From contig JAWLEV010000004.1 of assembly GCA_041685915.1 (NCBI GenBank), positions 1 through 62,120 on the forward strand: DNA of 62,120 bases. The letters are read 5' to 3'. Within the stretch, counting starts at the first letter, position 1. Each line of letters opens with the position of its first letter. Below the pieces are notes generated by a model. The model was not told the origin of the DNA and searched no databases. It worked only from the letters and a program-made list of their open reading frames with translations. The DNA is from Anaerolineae bacterium. Its GTDB lineage: Bacteria > Chloroflexota > Anaerolineae > UBA1429. Below, in pieces: positions 19,820 through 28,835 of this stretch. A program made the translations under genes and the position numbers.

Positions 19820-20449
19820 ATGGTTGATATCTATCTCTTTCGTCATGCCCACGTCGACTATGATCCTCCGGCCCAGATAACGGCGCACAATCCGCTGACG
19901 GCGCTGGGCCACGAGATGGCCGAGCGCCTGGCTGAGCGGTGCGATGAGTGGCATCTGCAATATCTTTTCGTGAGCACCATGCCCAGGGCGCAGGAGACGG
20001 CGGACGCCATCTCTGGGCGCTTTCCCGGCCTGCCCCGCATGGAGATGCCCGAGTTCCGCGAGGTGTGTCTCGATCACCTGGTGGACTATCCTGGAGATCT
20101 GCCGGAGGCCGATCTGGCCTGCTGGGAGAGCGACCACTTTGCCCATGGCAACGAGCGTATGTGGAAGCGTGTGGAGGCGGGGTGGCGGCGGATGATGGAC
20201 GTGGTGGCCGACGAGGGGCTGCAGCGCGTCGCCGTCGTCTCCCACGCCGGACCCATAAACGTCATGCTGCGCCAGTTCCTGGGCGGGGGAATGGTTCGCC
20301 TGCGCACCTGCTGGTTCGAACTCGACTGGGCCTCCACCAGTTGCCTGCGCTCCACGTCGGAGGGTAAATGGGTGCGCTGGGTGAACGACGCGCGGCACAT
20401 CGATGCCCTGCGCCATCGTCTGTCCTCCGACGAGGATGACGCCTCGTAA
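19820..20449 (+). CDS. Histidine phosphatase (phosphoglycerate mutase family)
   Basis: LFRHA, STMPRAQET, VSHAG, NDARH. Confidence 0.88.
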   Translation: MVDIYLFRHAHVDYDPPAQITAHNPLTALGHEMAERLAERCDEWHLQYLFVSTMPRAQETADAISGRFPGLPRMEMPEFREVCLDHLVDYPGDLPEADLACWESDHFAHGNERMWKRVEAGWRRMMDVVADEGLQRVAVVSHAGPINVMLRQFLGGGMVRLRTCWFELDWASTSCLRSTSEGKWVRWVNDARHIDALRHRLSSDEDDAS

Positions 20450-20480
20450 TCCCATAATCCGTCTTGCATTTGCATTGCTA

Positions 20481-20511
20481 CAGGGAGGCGTCTCTCAGAG
20501 ACGCCTCCCTG
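20481..20511. terminator. Strong hairpin after histidine phosphatase
   Basis: CAGGGAGGCGTCTCT-C-AGAGACGCCTCCCTG perfect inverted repeat. Confidence 0.7.
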
Positions 20512-20572
20512 TCACTTTGGGAAGAGGCTGGGAGGGTGAAGGGGCGTCACAGAGAATAAGGAGGTTGGGTTA

Positions 20573-21304
20573 ATGCAATTATCAGGGGATCGCAACCGTA
20601 TTCTATTGGTGGATGACGAAAAGGCCATAACGGACAATCTGGCTTCCCTCCTGGAGCGCGCCGGATTCGCCGTGGCTGTGGCCGGCGATGGGGAGGAGGC
20701 AATGGAGCGGGCTGCCGCCTTTGCGCCGGACCTGATCGTCCTAGATGTGCTGATGCCCAAACTGAACGGGCGGGAAGTGCTGCGGCGGCTGCGTCAGGAG
20801 GGCGACTGGACCCCTGTGATCCTTCTTACCCAGGTGGGGGAATCCACCGAGCGGGCCATGGCCCTGGAGGAGGGGGCCGACGATTACCTCAACAAGCCCT
20901 TTGATCCCCACGAGTTGATCGCGCGCATCCGGGCCGTGCTGCGCCGCCGGGGCGCGGCTCCCGGGCAAAAGCCGTTGGCGGTGGCGAGCCGACTCCGCGC
21001 TCACGACGTGATCCTCGACCGCACGGCCCGGCAGGTTGAAAGGGGCGGCCGGCCTGTGGAACTCACTTCCAGGGCGGTGGCCCTGCTGGAGTATCTGATG
21101 CTTCATTCTCAGGAGGTGCTGGACCGGGAGCGGCTGCTGGATGCAGTCTGGGGTTGGGACTATGTCGTCGCCACCCGCGCCGTGGACGCTCGGGTGGCCG
21201 AACTGCGTCGCGCCCTCGATGACGATGCCGACGAGCCACGCTTTATCGAGACGGTGGTGGGACAGGGCTATCGCTTTGTGGCCCCTGTGGAGGCGACATC
21301 GTGA
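20573..21304 (+). CDS. OmpR/PhoB family response regulator
   Basis: LLVDDE, LDVLMP, GADDYLNKPF, C-terminal winged helix IETVVGQGY. Confidence 0.95.
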   Translation: MQLSGDRNRILLVDDEKAITDNLASLLERAGFAVAVAGDGEEAMERAAAFAPDLIVLDVLMPKLNGREVLRRLRQEGDWTPVILLTQVGESTERAMALEEGADDYLNKPFDPHELIARIRAVLRRRGAAPGQKPLAVASRLRAHDVILDRTARQVERGGRPVELTSRAVALLEYLMLHSQEVLDRERLLDAVWGWDYVVATRAVDARVAELRRALDDDADEPRFIETVVGQGYRFVAPVEATS

Positions 21305-22227
21305 ATGGCGGGCGATGGCGGAGGTGGTGGCCCTTGGCGGCGAGCCTGGCTCCGCTCATGCTGGGGTTGCTGGTGGCGTTGCTCTGGCAGTCCGGCCTCT
21401 TTCCCGATCCGCTGCTGACCTTTCGGCTGCGCGCCGACGTGGGGAGTCTGTTCCTGCTGCTCGGGGCGTTGCTCACATTGCTGGCCTTGCCGGCTGCAGC
21501 CGTCGCCGTGTACGCCAGGCACCGGCGCGCCCGCGACCTAGAGGCCGCCCGCGCCGCTTGGGCCGACGACCGCCAGCGCTTTTTACGTCGCCTCGACCAC
21601 GAGTTAAAGAACCCCCTCACCGCCCTCCGTGCGGGGCTGGCCAACCTGGTCTCCCTCGACGATGGCCCCGAACGGGACGCCGCCCAGGCCAGCGTGGAGA
21701 CGCAACTGATGCGCCTGAACCGCCTGGTCGGTGATCTGCGTAAACTCGTGGAACTGGAGCAGCGGCCCCTGGAGCGGGCGCCCGTGGACGTGGGCGCGCT
21801 GCTGACCGAGGTGGTCGAGCTGGCGAGGGAGACGCCCGACCGCCAGGTCTCCCTCGCCCTGCCTCAGGCCCCCTGGCCGCTGCCGCCCGCATCCGGCGAC
21901 CAGGATCTGATCTTTTTGGCCTGTTACAACCTGGTGGATAACGCCTGCAAGTTCACCTGTCCCGGCGACGCCATTGAGGTACGCGCCTTTGAGGATGATC
22001 GTTGGATCGTCGTCGAGGTGGCTGATACCGGCCCCGGCATCCCCGTGGAGGATCTCTCCCACATTTTTGAGGAGCTGTATCGCGGTGATGCCGCCCGCGC
22101 GGTGGAGGGCAGCGGGTTGGGACTGGCGCTGGTGCGCGCTGTGGCTCGTCACCACGGCGGCAGCGTGACCGTGCGCAGCCGCAAGGGCGAGGGCACCGCC
22201 TTTACCCTGCGCCTCCCGATGGCCTAG
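21301..22227 (+). CDS. Sensor histidine kinase, 2 TM with short loop
   Basis: HELKNPL, NLVDNA, DTGPGI, GSGLGL; 4-nt overlap with the regulator. Confidence 0.93.
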   Translation: MNGGRWRRWWPLAASLAPLMLGLLVALLWQSGLFPDPLLTFRLRADVGSLFLLLGALLTLLALPAAAVAVYARHRRARDLEAARAAWADDRQRFLRRLDHELKNPLTALRAGLANLVSLDDGPERDAAQASVETQLMRLNRLVGDLRKLVELEQRPLERAPVDVGALLTEVVELARETPDRQVSLALPQAPWPLPPASGDQDLIFLACYNLVDNACKFTCPGDAIEVRAFEDDRWIVVEVADTGPGIPVEDLSHIFEELYRGDAARAVEGSGLGLALVRAVARHHGGSVTVRSRKGEGTAFTLRLPMA

Positions 22228-22267
22228 GGGCGGCGCACGCTGTCTTATACTTTTGCTGTTTCTCCGA

Positions 22268-22294
22268 TGCAGTATTTTCCTCCCTCGCGCGTTT
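22268..22294 (+). promoter_or_regulatory. Candidate ECF-type (autoregulatory) promoter
   Basis: TGCAGT-N16-CGTTT upstream of the ECF gene, resembling the TGAAAC-N16-CGT layout. Confidence 0.4.
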
Positions 22295-22337
22295 TAATAA
22301 GTGAGTTGGATGAATCCTCAATAGGAGTGCAGATCGG

Positions 22338-22919
22338 ATGGACCCCAAGCAGGAGCGAGCGCTACTGAGACGCGCCCGGAACGATCCCCAGGCCTTGCGA
22401 GCGCTGTACGATCACTACTTTCCTAAGGTGTATGCCTATACGAGTTACCGCGTAGGGCGGGTGCAGGATGCGGAGGATATCGTTGCCGACGTATTTCTGA
22501 CAGCGGTCGATAAACTGGATATGTTTCGGTGGCGCGGAGAGGGCTCCTTTGCCGCCTGGCTCTTTCGTATCGCTCGCAACCGGGTGAGCGACTTTTACCG
22601 GCGCGGGCGGGGCTCTGAGGAGGGGGTCGCCCTGGAGGATCTGCCCTGTCTGGCGTCCAGTGCCCTACTTCCGGCCGATGCCATCGCGCGGAAGGAGAGG
22701 TTCGCCCACCTGCGGCGCCTGATTGACACGCTGTCGCCTCGACGCCGTGAGGTGATCCTTCTCAGGTTCTTTGGGGGCCTGCGGAACAAGGAAATCGCCG
22801 CCCTGCTGGAGTTGGACGAGCGTACCGTGGCCTCGCACCTGTGTCGGGGATTGAGAGATCTGCACCGCCAATATGTGGATGAGGAAAAGAGGGAGGTGCC
22901 CCATGAGCAAGGAGTATGA
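22338..22919 (+). CDS. ECF sigma factor
   Basis: DAEDIVADVF, FAAWLFRIARN, NKEIAALL, TVASHLCRG. Confidence 0.92.
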   Translation: MDPKQERALLRRARNDPQALRALYDHYFPKVYAYTSYRVGRVQDAEDIVADVFLTAVDKLDMFRWRGEGSFAAWLFRIARNRVSDFYRRGRGSEEGVALEDLPCLASSALLPADAIARKERFAHLRRLIDTLSPRRREVILLRFFGGLRNKEIAALLELDERTVASHLCRGLRDLHRQYVDEEKREVPHEQGV

Positions 22920-24171
22920 GTTGACGGAGCAGGATCGCATGTTGTTGGAGGAAATTGAGGAGAGCCTCGCCGATGGCGAGGGACGCGAGGAGGGGGCGCT
23001 GCATGGCCTTGGCGTTCGACTGGCCAGCACTGTGCCCCGGGCCGACGACGCTTTCCGAGAGCGGTTGGCGTCTCGGTTAGTTGCCAGAATGCAACAACGG
23101 ACGGCTCATGAGGCCGACGAGGAGGTTACTGGGAGACGCGGGGCGCGGCGATGGTTCCCCCTTGGCCGCTTGCTTGCACAGATTCCCAGCCCCGCCACCG
23201 GTCTGGGATGGGCCGTTACAGCCTTGATCCTTTGCCTGTTTTTTGGGACGGTGACCTATGCCGTGGTGCCCGCTGTAAGCCGCTTGTTCCAATTGGAGGA
23301 CGGTTTGCAGCACGTCGAGCAGGCCGATTTGGTGCAGGAACTTGATCTGAGCCAGACGATGCACGGTGTCACTGTCACCCTGGAACGGGCCTACGCTGAT
23401 GCTAACCGTATCGTCGTGGACTATACCGTAAAACATCCCGACGACCAGCGGTATGAGGCGAGTCGCCTGACACTCACCGATGCGGACGGCAACGTCTTTC
23501 CCAGGACGGTGGGATGGGGCGCGTCTGGTCGATCCGATCTCTTCGGAATCGAACTCCCAGAGGGAGAAGGAAACTATGTGAATTCCTTCGATGCCGCCAG
23601 TGTAAAGGGAGCGCCAGCGGAATTGGATTTGCGGCTGGCGATGGAGTTGAGGGAGTTTGTTCTGCCCACTGACACGCCAGGTACCTCTGTCGGTTCATCG
23701 AGTGCCCCGGCGGAGCCCGCGGAGCCCATGGTGGTGGAACTGGAGCCCATGCCCCAGGGGGACGTCGTTGGGACCTTTGCCTTTGACTTTAGCGTGCCCT
23801 TTATTCCCGGACGTGTGGTCGAGGTGGACCAGACTGTGGAAACTGCCGGGGTTGCTATGCGCCTGGAGCGGGTGGTGGTAACTCCTTCGGAGGCGAGGGC
23901 CTACTTGCGTTTCGATCCACCGACCGAAGTGGAGACGAGCTGGACGTCCATCGTGACGCTCAGAGCACCTGACGATAGGAAGACACGAGGCGACTTCTAT
24001 GCCGTCGCCGACGATTCACCTGTCCACGTATATGGTTTCCCGGCACCGCTCCACGAGCGGCAAGGCGAGTGGACGCTGAAGGTGACCGAACTGGTGGGGA
24101 CCGAGTTGGTGCCTCCATACGAACAGGTGCGGCTGGCTGGGCCGTGGGAGTTTCGCTTCCGCGTGCCGTAG
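22903..24171 (+). CDS. Membrane-anchored anti-sigma factor with DUF4179-like extracytoplasmic domains
   Basis: Overlaps the sigma gene; single TM; SQTMHGVTVTLERAYADANRI and GPWEFRF pattern; GGAGG RBS. Confidence 0.7.
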   Translation: MSKEYELTEQDRMLLEEIEESLADGEGREEGALHGLGVRLASTVPRADDAFRERLASRLVARMQQRTAHEADEEVTGRRGARRWFPLGRLLAQIPSPATGLGWAVTALILCLFFGTVTYAVVPAVSRLFQLEDGLQHVEQADLVQELDLSQTMHGVTVTLERAYADANRIVVDYTVKHPDDQRYEASRLTLTDADGNVFPRTVGWGASGRSDLFGIELPEGEGNYVNSFDAASVKGAPAELDLRLAMELREFVLPTDTPGTSVGSSSAPAEPAEPMVVELEPMPQGDVVGTFAFDFSVPFIPGRVVEVDQTVETAGVAMRLERVVVTPSEARAYLRFDPPTEVETSWTSIVTLRAPDDRKTRGDFYAVADDSPVHVYGFPAPLHERQGEWTLKVTELVGTELVPPYEQVRLAGPWEFRFRVP

Positions 24172-24220
24172 CAGGTTAGAGGCGTTGGTGTTCGCGTATG
24201 CCGAACCCGGGACGGCTAGC

Positions 24221-24309
24221 TCTCAGCGACCTATGTAACGAGATTGTAACACTGTGTGACGAGGTGGTTACCATCCCATCATACGGTGTTACGGGGTATG
24301 TGGTACACT
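24221..24309 (+). repeat. 89-bp direct repeat copy 1 (promoter element)
   Basis: 81/89 identical to 25283-25371; ends in TGGTACACT extended -10. Confidence 0.92.
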
Positions 24310-24337
24310 ATGACTGCCGGAACACGGGAGGGGAAGG

Positions 24338-25165
24338 ATGACAGCTCATAAAGTGACGCGAACGTTCCTGGAAGAAGCTGCCCGGGCGATGGCGATCCTT
24401 GCCATCCTGTTCTTTGGCGGCGTCGCGCCCCTGGTATCTCTGTTCGGTCTGCGGTTTTGGCCCACACTCCTCGGCGTGATGGGTGTAGCCCTAGTGGTGT
24501 TTGTCGTGATGATCGCGATGCGTCTCAGAACCGGTCGCGGGGTCAAGCTGCGATGGCATCGCTTAGGCCTGTTCGTCGTTGGGACGTTGGGCCTGAGTCT
24601 GCTGTCCCTGTGGCTGTCCGGGCCCACGGCGGGAGGCGCCCTGCGGGCTAGCCTCGTGGAGCGCATCCGCGGCGAGACGCCTGAGGCCCGAATCGAGGCC
24701 TACGTGGACGCAGTCCTGCGCGGTGATGAGGCCGCCGCGCTGGCGGCATGGAAGGTGCCGGCCGAGGACGGCGCCGACGAACAAAGCAATCTCCTCCGCC
24801 AACGGCGGCAGGAGGTGACGCGCACGCTCATCGCCGCCGACCTCGATAGCGAGTATATGATCACGCGCACCGAGTGGTGGCGCACCTGCTGCGAGCCTGG
24901 CGTGACGTGTGACCCGCGCAGCGCCGGGGGCGCGCGGGTGCGCGTCCAGTTCCTGGATCAGGATGGCTTGCCGGTCACCTACGTCTTTGACGTCTTCCAT
25001 CAGGATGGCGCCTACTGGGGGGCTGCGGCGGGCTATCCACCAAGACGGTGGGCGCTCCGCGACGTCTACCCTCGGGGCGAGGAGCCCCTCTACTGGCGAT
25101 GGGTCTATACACCTAGGGTGGAACACCTGGGCTGGCCGCCCGGCGCTGCGGCAGCGGTGCCGTGA
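24338..25165 (+). CDS. Hypothetical membrane protein (3 TM plus soluble domain with WWRTCCEPGVTC motif)
   Basis: ORF with RBS, hydrophobic N-terminus, preceded by repeat copy 1. Confidence 0.7.
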   Translation: MTAHKVTRTFLEEAARAMAILAILFFGGVAPLVSLFGLRFWPTLLGVMGVALVVFVVMIAMRLRTGRGVKLRWHRLGLFVVGTLGLSLLSLWLSGPTAGGALRASLVERIRGETPEARIEAYVDAVLRGDEAAALAAWKVPAEDGADEQSNLLRQRRQEVTRTLIAADLDSEYMITRTEWWRTCCEPGVTCDPRSAGGARVRVQFLDQDGLPVTYVFDVFHQDGAYWGAAAGYPPRRWALRDVYPRGEEPLYWRWVYTPRVEHLGWPPGAAAAVP

Positions 25166-25282
25166 GGACGGTGGGCAATCTGGCCGACTACAATCGCCGT
25201 GTAGGAGGGCCTTCCCCCTGGCAGCCTACCTCTTGGCGGACGATAAGGCGGCCGATAGAGTTGTACAGCAGGCAGGGTTGGT

Positions 25283-25371
25283 TCTCACCGACCTATGTAA
25301 CGAGACTGTAACACCGTGTGACGAGGTGGTTACCATCCCATCATACGGTGTTACACGTTATGTGATATACT
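25283..25371 (+). repeat. 89-bp direct repeat copy 2 (promoter element)
   Basis: 81/89 identical to 24221-24309; ends in TGATATACT extended -10. Confidence 0.92.
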
Positions 25372-25422
25372 GGCTATCGAAAAAGGGAGGGATTGAAGGG
25401 TTCCAGTTGAGGAGATTCTGGC

Positions 25423-27495
25423 ATGAAGCGACGGTCATTAGGGGAGTGGTTAACGGGTCTGGGGCTGTTGGTGGCGTTTTTGTCTCTAGCGGCCGCCTGT
25501 GGGGACACGCTCGACCTGGCGGTGGAGACCGCGCCGGCGGCCGAGGCGACCATCACCGCATTAGAACGGGAGAAATCTCAACTGGCCACCAAGGTGGCCC
25601 ACCACGAGTCCCGCCTGGGACGGTTGGCCTACGTTCAGGGGGGCGACATTTGGGTCAAGGGGTTGCCCGATGGGGAGCCGCAGCGCCTGACCACGGACGG
25701 GCACAACAGCGAGCCACGGTGGTCGCCCTCGGGCCAGTGGTTGGCCTTCCGCCGGGGAGATTTCAATCGCGTCTGGATCATGCGGGAGGATGGTGTGGCT
25801 GCCCGTCAGGCAAACCAGGGGCGTCCCGTGGATGCCTTTGCCTGGTCGCCGGTGGAAGACCATCTGGCCTACGTCGATGCGTCTAATGGTGCATTGTGCG
25901 TGCAGGACGCGGATGCAGAGCAGTCAGAGGCGCTGGTGCGCGAGGTTGGGGAGGATTCGCCGACGCCCCCGGAGAGGGAACGCGGCGTCACGGAGATCGC
26001 CTGGAGCATGGACGGCACCCGCATCGCGTACACCCTGTTCGAGCATCCACAGCAGGCGGGGGAAAACGCCGGTCCACCAAGTTATCAGGGGTTGTGGGTC
26101 GTCCCGGCAGGGGGCGGCGAGCCGGAAGAGATCTATGACAGTGGGGTGCCGGAGCGGGGGATGGTTCATCTTTATGGTTGGACGGTGGATGGCGGTCACG
26201 TCCTGTTCTGGCAGGGAGAAACGCTCTCGGCCTCGATGCTGGCCGATGGCATTCCCCTCCATGCCCTGCCCGCGGACGGGGGCGGGGCGACACAGTTGAC
26301 CGATGCCGTCCTCTTACACCAGGACTTTGTGGCGCCGTTCCCCGCTGGCTTTCGCGTCGCCGTCGTCGCAGGCGCCGGGCGGATGACCTGGACCAACAAA
26401 CGCATCGCGGTCGTGGAGCCTGAGAGCGGGGAGGTCACTTACCTCACCTCCGAGGATGTGGTGGCCCTCTCCCCCGTGTGGTCTCCGGATGGCACCCATC
26501 TGGTCTACTCAGCCATGCCTGAGGAGGAAGATCTGGTGGGCGGGGAGGTGGCTCGGGAGGCGATGATGGGCCGCAGGCTCTGGATGATCGATGCGGACGG
26601 CAGGGAGGCTGAGAAACTGACCGACGATTCCGATTACCGCGACGAGCGTCCCCTGTGGTCGGCCGACGGCTCGCACCTCCTCTTCGCCCGCTTTGACGCC
26701 GAGGATCGCGCCTCCCTGTGGCTCGTGCCACTGGAGGCTGGCGAGCCGCAGCAGGTGGTGGAGGAACTGACCCCGGCGCCAGAGTGGTTCGGCAATTACG
26801 GTCACATCGCCTGGCATCAATGCTTTGATTGGTGGCGCGGCGAGGCCCGTCCCATGACGGCAGCAACGGCGACACCTGGGCAAACGCCAACTCGGACGCC
26901 AGCCGAGACGCCGCGGGCGAAATACGCCCCTCCATCGCTGATGGAGACCCCTCTACCCTATGCTATCTCCCTACAGGCCTACGACGGTCCGGGCTTCTCG
27001 TTTCAGTATCCGGCCCATGCCCAGGTGGAAGCGGTCGATCCGGAGGTGCCTGCGGCGACCGAGATACGCGTCAATGGCCCCGTCGTGTGTATCAAACTAG
27101 GTGATGCGGACTGGTCATACAATGGTGAAGCCTACCAGCTGACCGTACGCACGTTTGAGAATCCAGAGGGGCTGGACGCGGAGTCGTGGGCACGGGATTA
27201 CGTCCTCGTGCGTTGGCAGGAGGCCAGAGAGCGAGACCGACCCACGGGGTCGTTGCCGGTGACGGAGGAGGGGGCGATTCAAGAGGATAAAGTGGGACAC
27301 CACATCGTGGCTGGTCAGCCTGCATTTTGGGTCAGGTACTTTTGGTTTGATTCTACCTATTGGGCGTTCTATCTGACCGTCGAGGACCGCATTGTGGAGC
27401 TGAGCTTCCTCAACTACCCGCTGGCCAACCAGCCATTAGCCGTGGTACAACAGGATATCTATGCGTTGATCATAGATACCTTTCAGCTTGATTGA
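25423..27495 (+). CDS. TolB-like (PD40/WD40 propeller) lipoprotein with C-terminal PsbP-like domain
   Basis: LAAAC lipobox; PRWSPSG, AWSP, AWSMDG, VWSPDG, LWSADG repeats; Thr/Pro linker; GFSFQYP. Confidence 0.8.
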   Translation: MKRRSLGEWLTGLGLLVAFLSLAAACGDTLDLAVETAPAAEATITALEREKSQLATKVAHHESRLGRLAYVQGGDIWVKGLPDGEPQRLTTDGHNSEPRWSPSGQWLAFRRGDFNRVWIMREDGVAARQANQGRPVDAFAWSPVEDHLAYVDASNGALCVQDADAEQSEALVREVGEDSPTPPERERGVTEIAWSMDGTRIAYTLFEHPQQAGENAGPPSYQGLWVVPAGGGEPEEIYDSGVPERGMVHLYGWTVDGGHVLFWQGETLSASMLADGIPLHALPADGGGATQLTDAVLLHQDFVAPFPAGFRVAVVAGAGRMTWTNKRIAVVEPESGEVTYLTSEDVVALSPVWSPDGTHLVYSAMPEEEDLVGGEVAREAMMGRRLWMIDADGREAEKLTDDSDYRDERPLWSADGSHLLFARFDAEDRASLWLVPLEAGEPQQVVEELTPAPEWFGNYGHIAWHQCFDWWRGEARPMTAATATPGQTPTRTPAETPRAKYAPPSLMETPLPYAISLQAYDGPGFSFQYPAHAQVEAVDPEVPAATEIRVNGPVVCIKLGDADWSYNGEAYQLTVRTFENPEGLDAESWARDYVLVRWQEARERDRPTGSLPVTEEGAIQEDKVGHHIVAGQPAFWVRYFWFDSTYWAFYLTVEDRIVELSFLNYPLANQPLAVVQQDIYALIIDTFQLD

Positions 27496-27507
27496 GTCGG
27501 AGAAAGC

Positions 27508-28830
27508 CTAGATATTGCCCTGCACCATGCCCTTGATGCGCTTGGGCAGCTTGCCGCGGACGTGAATGCCGTCCTGGCCATAGTCTTCCCGCTCGATGAT
27601 GCCCTGCTTGTGCCACAGATCCAGCAGGTTGCTCACCTTATAAGGGATGACGAGGTCCACGTCCTCCATCTCCTCCAGCAGCATTTCCTCCAGGCTGATC
27701 AGCAGATCCTCGATCCCCACCCCCTGCTCTGCCGAGATGGGAATCACGTGTCTATACTGCCTTCGGAGTTCCCCCACAGGACTGTTCTGCATGGCGAAGG
27801 GGTGTTCCTCCTCGTTCAGCATCACTTCTGGATCGATGAGGTCGATCTTGTTCAGGGCGATGATCGTGGGCTTGCCGCCAGCGTCTATTTCCTGCAGAAC
27901 CTCGTTCGCGGCAGTTACCTTTTGGAGCAGGTTCCGATCCTGAACGTCGACGACGTGGACGAGGATATCCGCCTCGTGCACCTCTTCCAGGGTGGCATGG
28001 AAGGCGGCCACCAGTTGCGTGGGAAGTTTTTGGATAAAGCCCACCGTGTCGGTAAAGAGGATTTCCTTGCCACTGGGCAGCGCCACTTTACGTGTGGTGG
28101 GATCCAGGGTGGCAAAGAGCTTGTCCTCCACGAGTACGTCGGCGTCCGCCAGGCGATTCAACAGTGTGGACTTGCCGGCGTTGGTATAGCCCACGATGGC
28201 CGCCACCGGCAGACCACGTAACCTGCGGCGATTCCTTCGCAGATCACGTTGCTTGCGCACCTCTTCGAGTTCTCGCTTCAGTCGCGTCATGCGCCGTCTG
28301 ATGTCGCGTTGGTCTGACTCTAGCTGGGTCTCGCCGGGTCCTCGGAGTCCCACACCGCCCACGGCCTGCCTGGAGAGGTGGGTCCATCGCCGTGTGAGGC
28401 GCGGCAGCCGATAGACGTACTGGGCCAGTTCGACCTGCAGGGAGCCCTCCTTGGTGTTGGCGCGCATGGCAAAGATATCGAGGATGAGGGCCGTCCGGTC
28501 CAGCACGTTGGTATCAAGGATCTCCTCCAGGTTGCGCAATTGTGCCGCCGACAACTCGTTGTCAAAGATGACCACGTCGAACCCCAACGCTTTCTTGAGG
28601 TCCCTTATCTCCTCGGCCTTGCCTGTGCCGATATAGGTGGCGGGATTGATGCTGTGCAGGTTCTGGGACGCGCGGCCCACCACCTTCAGTCCTGCTGTGT
28701 AGGCAAGTTGCTCCAACTCATCCAGGGATTCTTCCAGAGTGAATAGGGATTGCTCGCCCCTGACCTGGGCGCCGACGAGAAAGGCACTCTCGGGACGCTC
28801 CAGGAGACCCGTGTCATGTTCCCCGGCAAT
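27508..28830 (-). CDS. hflX: GTPase HflX (start uncertain, probably non-canonical ATT)
   Basis: LDIFAMRA, GPGETQLE, GYTNAGKS, LFATLD, DTVGFI, NKID; conserved ESAFLVG N-terminus lies upstream of the TTG in the ORF track. Confidence 0.93.
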   Translation of the reverse strand: MAGEHDTGLLERPESAFLVGAQVRGEQSLFTLEESLDELEQLAYTAGLKVVGRASQNLHSINPATYIGTGKAEEIRDLKKALGFDVVIFDNELSAAQLRNLEEILDTNVLDRTALILDIFAMRANTKEGSLQVELAQYVYRLPRLTRRWTHLSRQAVGGVGLRGPGETQLESDQRDIRRRMTRLKRELEEVRKQRDLRRNRRRLRGLPVAAIVGYTNAGKSTLLNRLADADVLVEDKLFATLDPTTRKVALPSGKEILFTDTVGFIQKLPTQLVAAFHATLEEVHEADILVHVVDVQDRNLLQKVTAANEVLQEIDAGGKPTIIALNKIDLIDPEVMLNEEEHPFAMQNSPVGELRRQYRHVIPISAEQGVGIEDLLISLEEMLLEEMEDVDLVIPYKVSNLLDLWHKQGIIEREDYGQDGIHVRGKLPKRIKGMVQGNI

Positions 28831-28835
28831 AGTTC

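Noticed and set aside
24221-25371. Direct repeat as CRISPR array or IS ends
   Set aside because: Only two copies, 89 bp long, separated by a whole gene; no cas or transposase genes.
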